From contig CAXHJY010000152.1 of NCBI GenBank assembly GCA_964016885.1, forward strand, positions 62,001 through 126,000: a DNA stretch of 64,000 bases. Direction: 5' to 3'. The notes beneath the pieces are model-generated. The model was not told the origin of the DNA. It saw only the letters and a list, made by a program, of their open reading frames with translations, and made no database searches. The stretch comes from Eledone cirrhosa (Eukaryota). Position numbers and translations under genes: made by a program. Of the stretch, positions 1-13,378 are shown piece by piece (within the stretch, counting starts at the first letter, position 1; each line of letters opens with the position of its first letter).

Positions 1-2346
1 GGTATATTAGTATTTCATTTGATATATACACAATGTACACTATAGTTGGATATATTAGTATTTCATTTGATATACACACAATATACACTATAGTTGGGTA
101 TATTAGTATTTCATTTGATATACACACAATGTGTATTATAGTTGGGTATATTAGTATTTCATTTGATATACACACAATGTACACTATAGTTGGGTATATT
201 AGTATTTCATTTGATATACACACAATGTACACTATAGTTGGGTATATTAGTATTTCATTTGATATACACACAATGTACACTATAGTTGGGTATATTAGTA
301 TTTCATTTGATATACACACAATGTACACTATAGTTGGGTATATTAGTATTTCATTTGATATATACACAATGTACACTATAGTTGGATATATTAGTATTTC
401 ATTTGATATACACACAATATACACTATAGTTGGGTATATTAGTATTTCATTTGATATACACACAATGTGTATTATAGTTGGATATATTAGTATTTCATTT
501 GATATACACACAATGTGTATTATAGTTGGGTATATTAGTATTTCATTTGATATACACACAATGTGTATTATAGTTGGATATATTAGTATTTCATTTGATA
601 TATACACAATGTGTATTATAGTTGGGTATATTAGTATTTCATTTGATATACACACAATGTACACTATAGTTGGGTATATTGGTATTTCATTTGATATACA
701 CACAATGTGTATTATAGTTGGGTATATTAGTATTTCATTTGATATACACACAATGTGTATTATAGTTGGATATATTAGTATTTCATTTGATATACACACA
801 ATGTGTATTATAGTTGGGTATATTAGTATTTCATTTGATATACACACAATGTACACTATAGTTGGGTATATTAGTATTTCATTTGATATACACACAATGT
901 GTATTATAGTTGGATATATTAGTATTTCATTTGATATATACACAATGTGTATTATAGTTGGATATATTAGTATTTCATTTGATATACACACAATGTGTAT
1001 TATAGTTGGGTATATTAGTATTTCATTTGATATACACACAATGTGTATTATAGTTGGATATATTAGTATTTCATTTGATATACACACAATGTGTATTATA
1101 GTTGGGTATATTAGTATTTCATTTGATATACACACAATGTGTATTATAGTTGGGTATATTAGTATTTCATTTGATATACACACAATGTGTATTATAGTTG
1201 GATATATTAGTATTTCATTTGATATACACACAATGTACACTATAGTTGGGTATATTAGTATTTCATTTGATATACACACAATGTGTATTATAGTTGGATA
1301 TATTAGTATTTCATTTGATATATACACAATGTGTATTATAGTTGGATATATTAGTATTTCATTTGATATACACACAATGTACACTATAGTTGGATATATT
1401 AGTATTTCATTTGATATACACACAATGTACACTATAGTTGGGTATATTAGTATTTCATTTGATATACACACAATGTGTATTATAGTTGGATATATTAGTA
1501 TTTCATTTGATATATACACAATGTGTATTATAGTTGGATATATTAGTATTTCATTTGATATACACACAATGTGTATTATAGTTGGGTATATTAGTATTTC
1601 ATTTGATATACACACAATGTGTATTATAGTTGGGTATATTAGTATTTCATTTGATATACACACAATGTGTATTATAGTTGGATATATTAGTATTTCATTT
1701 GATATACACACAATGTGTATTATAGTTGGATATATTAGTATTTCATTTGATATACACACAATGTGTATTATAGTTGGGTATATTAGTATTTCATTTGATA
1801 TACACACAATGTGTATTATAGTTGGGTATATTAGTATTTCATTTGATATACACACAATGTGTATTATAGTTGGATATATTAGTATTTCATTTGATATACA
1901 CACAATGTGTATTATAGTTGGGTATATTAGTATTTCATTTGATATACACACAATGTGTATTATAGTTGGGTATATTAGTATTTCATTTGATATACACACA
2001 ATGTGTATTATAGTTGGGTATATTAGTATTTCATTTGATATACACACAATGTGTATTATAGTTGGGTATATTAGTATTTCATTTGATATACACACAATGT
2101 GTATTATAGTTGGGTATATTAGTATTTCATTTGATATACACACAATGTGTATTATAGTTGGGTATATTAGTATTTCATTTGATATACACACAATGTGTAT
2201 TATAGTTGGGTATATTAGTATTTCATTTGATATATACACAATGTGTATTATAGTTGGGTATATTAGTATTTCATTTGATATACACACAATGTGTATTATA
2301 GTTAGGTATATTAGTATTTCATTTGATATACACACAATGTACACTA
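1..2346. repeat. 48-bp tandem satellite, about 49 units, running off the left edge of the window
   Basis: Unit ggtatattagtatttcatttgatatacacacaatgt(acac/gtat)tatagttg. The 16-aa periodicity of the 33..2780 ORF equals 48 bp. Confidence 0.97.
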
Positions 2347-3270
2347 TTCTGATAGTTTCTTCCCTCACATATCTCACCTTGTATGGAGAGGGGAGACTGG
2401 TATGCGTGGCCGACTGCTGGTTTACCACAAACCTTGCCCAGATTTGTGCCTCAGAGGGGAACTTTCTAGGTGCAAATCCCATGAGCATACATGACCAAAG
2501 GAAGTCTTTATATAACAATATATATACTCCTGTCGCCCGTCATTTCTGTTCTCCTGGTCATTCTTCCCTACATGTCTCAGTCCTGGGTGTCCTTTTACAT
2601 CATGGATCACAGGCCTCGCGCACCAGGACTGATTCATCGCCTTGGGTCCTATTCCCTTCTTGGACTCAACTCACCTCCCCAATTTCTTTAATACCCCATC
2701 CATTATCACATGCGCTTGTACATTCACCCCTAGATTCTTATCGTTCTCTCATGATCATAAACATATTCTCTTACAACTAATACAGACTGACAAAATATGC
2801 ACACTCCACTTTTCCCTTCACTGCTCTGTATACACACATACACACCCTTATATTAACATACTTTTTCTCATAGCTTCATACTTACACACACACACACACA
2901 CTTCTTAGCTTCGTACGGACGTAGAATAACACACACGCACACATACACACGTGCACAAATATATCTCTTTTTACAAAACGGTTTTTTTTTTTCATTTCAG
3001 GTAGACGCGCCCCATCATCTACTTTTCTAAAAAAATAAATCATACTCAAAACGCCAAGTTTTCCAAGGGATGTCAACATGAATGGACCTGTTATTTTTAT
3101 CTAAAGACATTTTTTTCCAATTGCAACCCACCCGTCCCTTCAATCTTTCTTATTTCTCATTCTTTTTTCTGATGAAGGGCTAGCGTCCAAAACGTTAAGA
3201 CCCTCTTCCTGCTATTTCAAGCATTAACCTAATATATTCCTTCCATATACTATACCGATTGTGTTGTTAT
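2347..3270 (+). mobile_element. Penelope-like element relic (GIY-YIG C-terminal part plus 3' region with a hammerhead-like motif)
   Basis: PVARHFCSPGHSSLHVSVLG followed, after a frameshift, by LIHRLGSYSLLGLN. This resembles the PLE GIY-YIG C-terminus (VA.HF...H...LI..L....P.GLN). Hammerhead-like ctgatgaagggctagcgtccaaaacgtt at 3169-3196. Confidence 0.6.
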
Positions 3271-3654
3271 TTCTGTTTACCTTTTACATATATATATATA
3301 TATATATATATTGGATACAAATCTGCCACTTGCAGCTACAACTTCGGTTATACTCATTATTATTATTATTATATATATATATATAAAGTGCAGAGTGCTC
3401 AAAGCTGATAGTAGCTGTGGTGTGGGCCTAGGAAGACTTGGGATGAGGCTATAAAAGCTGACCTTGCACAATTACACCTCTCAAAGGCACCTTCTATTAT
3501 TCTCAGGCTGAGGCTTATACTTAGTAGGCAACACCTTCCTCAACCTTCTCCCCTCTCATTCTCCTCCCTTAGCGGTAACCAAACCTCTCCTACTACCCTG
3601 TGCACAATTCCCCTAAGCTTCCTCCCCCCTCCCTAGTCCCAAGAAAAAAGTACC

Positions 3655-4420
3655 CAGGCCCCACTGTAAAGTGGTCGTGTCAGTAACATGACAAAAGTGC
3701 CCAGTCCACACTGTAAAGTGGTCGTGTAGGTGTCACGACAAAAAGTGCCCAGTCCACACTGTAAAATGGTTGTATAGGTGTCACGACAAAAGGCACCCAG
3801 CACACACGGTAAATGTGGTTAGCGGTAGGAAGGGCGCCCAGCTGTAGAAACCAAGCCAAAACCTGCCCCGGGTGAGCTTAACAAGGGTCAATCCGCCCAA
3901 CCCTTGAATGATGGACTCTAATTGATGAGGTTGATGATATATTTATGTGTGTATATATATGAAGTTTGTATGTATATTACATATATATGGTATATGTATA
4001 TGCACGCAAACAAATATATATATGTGTATATCATTATCATGATATGTGCATGTATATATATATATATATATATATATTATACTGATACCACAAAACATCC
4101 AGCCCACACTATAAAGTGGTCAATTTGGTGCCACAACAAAAATGCTCAGTCGACACTGTAAAGTGGTCATGTCAGTGTTATGACAAAAAGTGCCCTGTCC
4201 ACACTGTAAAGTGGTTGTTTTGGTGCCACGATGAAAAATACCCAGTCTATACTGTAAATATGGTTACTGTTAGGAAGGACATTTAGCTGTAGAAACAAAA
4301 CCAGAAACGGTTCTGTTTAAGCAAGATATGATCATCTGATCTGACTTATCTCACAACAGGATAATTTGTCTAACCCATTCTAGAATGGAAAAATGGATGT
4401 TAAATGGTGATGATGATAAT
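3655..4420 (+). mobile_element. Two RTE-LINE/SINE 3'-tail fragments with internal ~47-bp repeats
   Basis: Repeated acgacaaaaagtgcccagtccacactgtaaagtggt modules, then taggaagggc..cagctgtagaaa and a gatgatgat tail, as in the LINE 3' end at 42400-42663. Confidence 0.75.
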
Positions 4421-4433
4421 GATATACACATAT

Positions 4434-4465
<32 letters not shown>

Positions 4466-5099
4466 GCATACATGCACACACACATGCATACGACTGTTAT
4501 TCTACATGAGCATAGCAAAATTTTGCTCCTCCCTCCAAAGTGTATTTCCAGTGAATCTATGTCAGATCTGTTATTTGAAACAGTGCCCTAACATGACCAC
4601 AGTCTAATTATTGGAACCAATAAAAGAACACGTTTTATTAAAAAATAATTACTATCATCATTAAATTTGGCCTGTTTATTATGTCTTGTGACTTAATAAA
4701 ATGAATAACAGGAGCAATTTGTGTATGGTTAGCTGTAGGGAGGCTATTATATCAACTTATAAAACCTGTTTTTTTGGTATTAAACCACCATATTGTTGAC
4801 ATTAGTGGTGGTCACCTAATTTTCCTAACTCAGTATAAATATAGTAATCTTATCATTGTGTTGTTCTTACGTCAACATCCAGTTATGTGTAACTCAATGA
4901 TAATACAGCTTCAACAGTTGATTTGAAGACACTTGGTCATGTGGTTAGTGTTCAACTCACGATCACAATGTCATGGTTATGATTCCTTGACTGGGTGGCA
5001 TGTTATGTCCTTGAGCAAACACTTCATTTCATGTTGCTTCTCATGATAGGACTGGGATCCCTATCATTTAAACATCCAAGAAACATGAGTTGCAGCCTT

Positions 5100-5510
5100 G
5101 TAGGAAGCCAACTAACCAGAATGACCGAAAGAATACAATTGTGAATACAAGTGGCTGAAATGGGTTTCCTCTGAAGAGTCTTTGAAGTAATGTTACTTGA
5201 TAGTATGTAGATCAGAGATTCACTCCAGGTAAAGCCGAGGCTTCTCTAAATTGAGATCACAGCTCTGGTTTATAGGCATGTGATTAGAATGTCTCGGGAA
5301 GAATTGCTGGATAGATTTTATGGGCAAAACCAACCAGCAGGAGACCCAGAGTTAGACCCCAAGCAAAATGGTTGGATAACATAATGAGCTTGGCTGATCT
5401 TGCTTAGGGATCCAGCTGGATCAGTTGGAGACGGTTGCTTCTGACAGGACCTGCTGGAAGGAGTGTTTGAGGACTCTGCCCCATGACCCTCTCAGGAATG
5501 AGTGGACAAA
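5100..5510 (+). mobile_element. Decayed 3' fragment of an RTE-like LINE (second family)
   Basis: Broken frames like AEMGFL.RVF.V.LLD ... L.F.GHV.RMS ... KP..RRPR. Homologous to 56100-56750 and 59345-59760. Confidence 0.65.
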
Positions 5511-5530
5511 AGAGAAGTATATATATATAT

Positions 5531-5860
5531 CATCATCATCATTTCATTTTACGTCCGCTTTTCCCTGCTTGCAGGAACTGATTCTGGCTTGATTTCTACA
5601 GCTGGATGCCCTTCCTAACACCAACCTCATTTACAGTGAGTGCTGGGTGCTTTTTTGCCATGGCACCTCCACGACCACTTTGCAGTGAAATGATAAGGAC
5701 CCCAGTCCCTATCATCTCATTTCTACAGCTGAGTAAACTGGAGCAATGTGAAATAAAGTGTCTTGCTCAAGGAAACAACACATCACCCGGTCTGAGAATT
5801 GAACTCACAACCTTTCGATTGCAAGGCCACAATACTCTAACCACTAAGCCATATACCTCC
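5531..5860 (-). mobile_element. tRNA-derived CORE-type SINE (family A) inserted in a (TA)n tract
   Basis: Minus strand has A box tggcttagtgg, B box gagttcaattc, a CORE-like body ccttgagcaagacact...ctcagctgtagaaatgag, an RTE-like tail and (GAT)n. Confidence 0.9.
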
Positions 5861-6038
5861 ATATATATATATAGTAAGTCCATAGAATCATTAGATAAAA
5901 TATATACAGTATTTCTTCTCCCAATCAGCATAAATCAACCACACAAAAAATCATTTAAAACAAGGCTATAAGTTTAAAATATATTTATGAAGAAACAGTA
6001 GATAAATGATATAGCTTTTTATCCGCAACTCATATATA

Positions 6039-7342
6039 CAGGGTGCGGACGATATTTGTTCGCAAGATTACTGTCTAGGAAAAAATAATACAGTAGTTTT
6101 ATTTTTTAAGATATATTTATCAAACTTGGTTCAGTTTGTCTTCATGACTTGTTCTTTCGATCTCACTCGATAAACCCGCTGTTGGCTTTGATGACGGCTT
6201 CAAGGCAGCCTCGGAACCAGCTACAGGCCTTCGTCACTGTCCCCCGACATAGGCCCCTAAAGGCACTTGTGATCCTGGCCTTCAGATCGTCTTTCGTATT
6301 GCAGCTAGATCTGTTGGTGTCTCGTTCCACTGCGCCCCACACAAAGAAGTCAAGGAGGTTGCAGTCAGGCGAGCTGGGAGGCCAGATGTCAGGTGAAGTG
6401 TGGTCGACAAAGTTCTCTGACAGCCAGGCTTGGGTCTTTCGGCTGGTATGGCAGGGCGCTAAGTCTTGCTGCCACACGTACGGCCTACCTGCAGCTACCT
6501 GGTTGATCTAAGGCTTTACTACCTCGCTCAGAACGCGGATGTAGCTATCGGTGTTGAGCTTGAGGCCTCAGGGAAGAAGTGAAGTGGCATGACGTCACCT
6601 TGACTGCTGACGACACCTAAGACTAATGTTGTCGCTGGAAACTGTCTGCATGACTCTGGGCACGTCTTTGGATGAGACAGCAAGCCACCTGTTGTTCTGG
6701 GAGTTGATCTTCTGGTCTTGGTAGAAGTTTTTCTTGTCGGAGAAAAACCACAGTATACCTGGCTCCAGTGGGTGTTTCAACTTGTTGATCAGCTCCTTTG
6801 CGTGCTTCAGTCGCTTTTCTTGCATCGCCTTTGACAGAAATTGTCCTTTCCTCATCTTGTATGAAACATAGCGAATGTCTTCATGTAACACCAGCCTAAT
6901 GAGCTTTTCATCCATGCCTTTCCCCCTTGCAATGGCACACATCAACTTGCTAGGTTCATTGTTGATGATATCCTGATCTTCAGTGACGAACTCGGGCGTT
7001 CTGAAGGCGTCAGATCATCGATCATGTGTTTTCCTCTCTGATGTTGCTTCGTAGTCGAATCCTGAATCTTCCAATTCCTTTCTAACCTTTTCCACCATTC
7101 TCCTGCTGACGCTGAGAAAGTCTGAAATTTCCTTATTTGTCCTCCCGGCGCGGATTCCAAGGAGAACTCCGTGTCTCTTCCACAAATTTGGAGGTTCAAA
7201 ATTATTCATAATCAATTATTCTGAAAATAAATAATGGAAATATAGTCACTGTTTTTATGAAGACAAGAGTGACAACAGACGTAAAAAAAATTTGCATAAA
7301 ACTAGCAGTTGAAAATTGCGAACAAATATCATCCACACCTTG
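6039..7342 (-). mobile_element. Full-length Tc1/mariner DNA transposon of DD37D (maT-type) with frameshifted transposase
   Basis: 27-bp TIRs cagggtgcggacgatatttgttcgcaa (6039-6065) and ttgcgaacaaatatcatccacaccttg (7316-7342), 3 mismatches, TA on both sides. Transposase fragments at 7215-7015, 6945-6595 (WFFSD) and 6477-6163 (WQQD..37 aa..WPPSSPDCNLLD). Confidence 0.93.
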
Positions 7343-8374
7343 TATATATATATAATATATATTAATACATTAATAAATAGATAGATATAATATATATTAA
7401 TAAATTAATAAATAGATATAATATATATTAATAAATTAATAAATAATATATATATATATACACTGACTATTGACAGGGAGTGTATCTATGGAAAATGGTC
7501 ACAAGAACATAATAAAACAAATAGAAACAAATCAATAAATATATTATCATCATCATCATCATAAATTTTATTATTGCGTTGCTATTAATATTATTATTCA
7601 TATTGATGAAATGATTGTTATCACTGTTGTTGCTATCATTCTCTTCATTCAGTATTTTTACCTGTATTACAAGGAAAACTAATTAGTATTGATGTTCTTA
7701 ATTAGTTGAATGTTACAGCATACACAGCACACCTGTCTGAACTTGTATATGAAGCAGCTGAATACTGAAAAAAAGGCATATATACACATTATGGATACAT
7801 ATATACCTATACATATAAATATATATAATTATTATTATTATCAAGCATATATATACATTATATATATATATACCCATACCTGTATATATATATATATATA
7901 TATATAAATATGTAATTATTATTATCAAGCATATATCTCATTATTATCATCATCGTCATTTAACATCCACTTTCCCTGCTAGTAAGGGTTGGACCATTTT
8001 TGTGTCTTCTTTCTTTACTTTCTTTTTTCACAAGACTATCATTGCTATAAAAATTACAATACCTTCTCCTAGTCATCACATAAAGCTCTGTGTACCTGTT
8101 ATAGCTTAATTGTTATAAGTTATTGTTTTATTCTACGGACAGCACTTTGGCTTATGTCAGACGGTGTGACCCCGGGTAGGCCAGCAGTATCATTAGTAGG
8201 GGTCGAAACTGCTAGATGTCAATCTCGATGGCTGAAGACCTTGGAGTTCTGTCTTTCGTTTGTTTTTTATTTTCAAAAATATGTTTTGTTTTGCCTAGTT
8301 TTCATTCATTGTCTTCTCTTTGTTAATTTTCCTAATTTTATATAAACACACACACATATATATATATATATTAG

Positions 8375-8800
8375 TATGTGATTGACAACTGAGATAAAGG
8401 AGTACTCAATACTGAACTGAAAGACAGTGGGATGACAAACTCTACTATCAAATGGAGTATTGTGGAAAAGACAAAAGCCTACAATAGATGGGGCACAAGA
8501 TGCCACTTATGTACTACTGAAAAAATAAACATCCTAGCCTCATCAAACAATATCTTGAACTCTCAGGAGAAAAACACTGTAGTCCTGCTTACACACAAAA
8601 ACTTGTTTGTGTCACTTCAAACATATCTACTCACTGGACAGTACACCGGATAACCAACTACCCACGAATTATCCACCAGATAACAATGTGTACCGGATTG
8701 TGTAAATGTCAGAAGACCCCCATCCCCATCCCATCTAGACTCTATATGTCAGCAACCACTGCCAACCCCTAAGCTTCACTAACTGTGGGTACCCAATATC
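8375..8800 (+). mobile_element. Penelope-like element GIY-YIG C-terminal relic
   Basis: IKWSIVEKTKAYNRWGTRCHLCTTEKINILASSNNILN resembles the PLE motif IKW.I...Y....C.LC..EK..I......LN. Degenerate hammerhead-like motifs lie nearby at ~8158 and ~10327. Confidence 0.6.
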
Positions 8801-9294
8801 AAAATCAATCCGTTTCATATATTTCACCATTCTAATGTGATATATATATCACATGCCATACATCATACTCTTTAATCCTTACATTCTTCTAATCCCTTAC
8901 CATATCATTAACATTTTCAAATTTAAAATTTTTAAATTTAAAAATTTAACAATTTTTTTAATTTATTAATTCTAAAAGATTCTATTATTTTCTTATAATA
9001 TCCCTCTATTTTTAATTTCTATTTTGTTATTGTCAATTCTTCAAATTTTCATTACCTCTTTTATTCCTCATACCTAATGTGTGCCTAACACACACATATA
9101 CACCCACACACCCTACCACCACCACAACTATCATCATCATATATAATCCCATAATATTCTTAACCTCCATCATAGTTATATCTCCATAAATTATATTTCA
9201 TATATCTACCTAACACCAACACCTTCCTACCACCACTCACTCTTTCATCCATCATAGATTATATATTCTCATAATCTTCACCATACCCCTTTCT

Positions 9295-9620
9295 TTCATT
9301 TCATTTCCGCTTTTCCCTGCTTGCAAGGGTGGGACGGGAACTGATTCTGGCTTGATTTCTACAGCTGGATGCCCTTCCTAACACCAACATCATTTACAGT
9401 GAGTGCTGGGTGCTTTTTTGCCATGGTACCTCCACGACCACTTTGCAGTGAAATGATAGGGACCCCAGTCCTATCATCTCATTTCTACAGCTAAGTAAAC
9501 TGGAGCAATGTGAAATAAAGTGTCTTGCTCAAGGAAACAACACATCACCCGGTCTGAGAATTGAACTCACAACCTTTCGATTGCAAGGCCAATGCTCCAA
9601 CCACTAAGCCATGTGCCTCC
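9295..9620 (-). mobile_element. SINE family A, full length
   Basis: Near-identical to 5531-5860 and the reverse complement of 30957-31292. Confidence 0.92.
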
Positions 9621-11005
9621 TTTATTTATTCAATTCTTCGCCACCACCACCATCCTCTCTCTACCATCAGCACAGTACTCATACACCCACCTGTCCCATG
9701 CATATACGTATGTACGAACTGGAACTTATATAGCCATATTCATCTGTATGTATGCCTGTGTGTACTTATTTACCTGTTTGCATGCATTTTACATGTCTAT
9801 ATGTATGCATGTTTATATATGTGGATACAGGCGTTCATGTGTATGTGTGCACATGTATGTGTGTGTGTTTAGGCTTACATGTATTGCGTATGCATATATA
9901 TACATCTTTAAAAACTTTTATAATTTTTTATAACTTTTTAAATACTTTTTTTATATATATTTCCTTGAATGTCCGTTATGGTGTGCTTGTGTGTGTATGT
10001 ATATATATATATATATATTTACATATAGCACCTGTATATGTGGTTTTAGATGTATGTATGTGTAGATATGCTTGTGTGTAGGCATATAATTGTATACACT
10101 TTATCCTGTCTATTCCAACATTTTCACCACCTGCCTTCCACTGACGAGTTAAATTTTTATGGGTAAATTCCTATTTTCTATGGCTACACCCTTTATCGCC
10201 TTCTACACCCCATACTGTCACCACCACTCTGCCCATCCTATCATAATTACTCCTCAATTAAATCCTCCTTTCCCAACCCCAAGTCTCCTTTATTTTCACT
10301 GTGTCCACCATTGAAATGTTAGTTGTCTGATGGCCCTGTGATAAACAGGCGAACCTCCAAAATAACAAGAATCACTTTTTAGCCATAACCTCTCGACTGC
10401 CGCATATATTTTACACAGATGCAGTGGCACTGAAGAGGTTAATATAAATGAAAATTATATATATATATTTGGGAAAAGTAAACAAGATAAGAAAAAAATG
10501 TTTACCTATTTAGTTTGATGTCCTGACTGCAATTTTGGAGCACTGAGAGAGGTCTCAGCTCTTCGGGGAGCTTCTCAATCAAGAAAAATTTTTCAGTTAT
10601 CTGCTAAGTATAGACATACATATGATTTTTATTAATTCCTTCATTGAGCAAAACTGGTATTGGTTGGACTCCCTCATATGTATGTCTATACTTGTATATA
10701 TATATATATATATTCAATTAATTTAATCTTTAGCATGCTGAATTTTGTTAAGAATTGCTTCCCTTGACATGGCATTATGTATTAAAGGGAGATTACTCCC
10801 TTACACTAAAGCATAAAATTTGGCTGAATCTGACTGCTTTTTTTCTAGCAGCCCTGTTACTTGCTGTTGTCCACCTAACGCTGCCCGTCTGTTGACAATT
10901 AACTACGTGATAATTCTTCCATTCAAAACTATTGTTGGTGGCTGAGGATAACTCGGAAGAATTTTTCTTGATTGAGAAGTTTCTTGAAAAGCTGAGACTT
11001 CTCGC

Positions 11006-11044
<39 letters not shown>

Positions 11045-13105
11045 TATATGATATAATATATATTATATAATATATATTATATTACATTAGAGAGAGGGAG
11101 AGAAACTCCAAGTGACAGAGAGAGATAAGCTGTTAGTAGGGAGGAAGAACAAGAAAAAGGAGAAACAGTGGAACAAAGTGAGAGGGGTCTTAGGAGGTGT
11201 AAGATGAGATAAGAACGATAAAGCAGTGTTGTTAATATCTGTACAGCTTTCAAGTCTGTCGATATAAAAAAAAAAAAAAAAAAAAAAACATTTAAAATAA
11301 CTTGTCAAGTGACTGCATCACAGCATATAGTAATTAATAATAGTTACTGCAACCTACACTAATATAATTTTGAGTAAATCATCATCATTTAGTCAGTTTT
11401 TCCATACTGGCATGTGTTAGATGGGTTGTGATAAACCAAGTCAGTATTTCATTGAAACTACTGTCCTCCCAGATAGGCAGTGAACCATATCTTGTTTACA
11501 TATGTTCTGCTTTTAGCATAGTTTCTACAGCTGGGTGTCTTTCACAGTCCAAGACTAGATAGGTCAGGGAAACACATCTTGCTCATACGTTCCATATTTT
11601 GGTGGTTATCAGCATCATGATTTAACATCCTCTTTTCCAGGTTGGCTAGGTCATTACAAACCAAGTCAGAACTACTGTCCTTCCAGATTTATTGGAGGCC
11701 ACATCTCACAAACATTCCAATTTTGGCATGGTTTCTAGTTGGATGCCCTTCCTATCAACAACTACTTTACAAAATATACCAGATGCATGTTATCATGGCC
11801 CCAACATAGGGAGGTTGTCATGTTCTTGACACAACAGAAGAGTCCTTTTAGCCCTTTATTTGGGTATTAAACATTAATTTTAACCCATTCATTATATTTC
11901 TAATAAAAGCTGCTGCCTCTGATTTTCAAATAATTTTGAAAATCAAGTATTTGGAGAGAGTTAGTACTATAACTTACCCATTATTTAGATGGTGCTTGGA
12001 ATACAAAGATTCTTAGATAAAATTATGATGGAAGGTCTTTAAATAAATGTAAACATTTAAACGCTTATTACCTTATTTCTAATGAAAGATTCCATGATTT
12101 GAAAATAATTTTTAAGGTAATCAAGAATTTGAAGGAATTTAAAAATATAATATTTAGTTAGTGTTTGGAACAAATTTAGCAATTTGACAAAAGAGAGAAA
12201 GAGAAAGAGAATACCCGATTTGAAAAAGATAAATTACTGGGGTCGATATGATCAAATGAATCATGGCAATGCCCTGATATAGCTGCAGTCTAATGACTGA
12301 AACCCAGTCAAAAGATAAGTGTTAGAAAATAGTTAAAGTAATTATCAAATAATAAAGTTTATCAGTTGTTTATCCTGTACAAAAAGTGGACGTAGTGAGT
12401 GATCAGAAACAGTATAGTATTTAAGGGGACTCTTCAATCAGGATGAGTATGTAATAACATCTCCAGTGCTGGTGCCATGATAAAATGCACCCTGTAAACT
12501 GCTAAGTGTTATTGGTGCTACACGAAAAAAAAAAAAAAAAGAAAAAAAATAGTATGTGGTAAAGTGATACACCCAGTACATCCTGTAAGGTGGTTGAGAT
12601 TAGGAACAGCATGCAGCCAGAGAAACCATGCTAAGTATGGAACATATGAGCAAGATAAGTTGATCTTACCCATCTTAGACCATGACAACCTGTTGTGATG
12701 TAAACTGGTGATAATGAGGATTAGCTTAAAAACAAAACAAAACAAAACAAAACAGACATTTCACAGAGACCACACAAGAAATCTTTTTTTTTTTAGAAGT
12801 ATGTATGGAGGTCAGGGGGAAAGACAACTAGACAAATAGTAAAATAGTCATGTTTATTTGTTATATGAAACCTTTACATTAGCTCTGCCATTCCTTCATA
12901 GCCAGAACTTCTGTTCTACAATATGTGGACAGAAAATTGTTAGACAAGAATCGGTTTCCATTACCCAAAGTGCCAATTGAAATGTTTATTTTGTTTTTCG
13001 TTCTTAATGATAATGTTAATAATAATAATAGTAATAATAATAATAATAATATCTGCAATACGCAAACTGAAAAAAAAAAGACTGAAATGGTCCTAAGAAC
13101 CAACC

Positions 13106-13138
<33 letters not shown>

Positions 13139-13339
13139 TATACATACATATATATATACATACATAAATATATGTATAATATATATAGGCACACAAATAT
13201 GTATAAGATATCATATATGTACATATGTACCTACACATATGTATAATATATACATATATACACAATTATATATGTATAATATATACATATATACACAAAT
13301 ATGTATAATATATATATATATATATACACATACTAACAA

Positions 13340-13378
<39 letters not shown>

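Larger units (their letters stand above)
4669..6029 (+). repeat. Left arm of a long-range inverted duplication (partner 59175-60197), with an extra SINE at ~5531-5860
   Basis: Reads as the reverse complement of 59175-60197, with only about a dozen differences by eye apart from the SINE. Confidence 0.95.

Noticed and set aside
33-2780. 915-aa ORF of MCIIVGYISISFDIHT repeats
   Set aside because: Stop-free frame of a 48-bp satellite running into a TE relic; no splice or domain evidence.
7661-7764. Minus-strand segment with a good acceptor (tttttttcag) and donor (CAG|gtaaaa)
   Set aside because: Stops in all three frames. It could be a non-coding exon but cannot be supported without transcripts.
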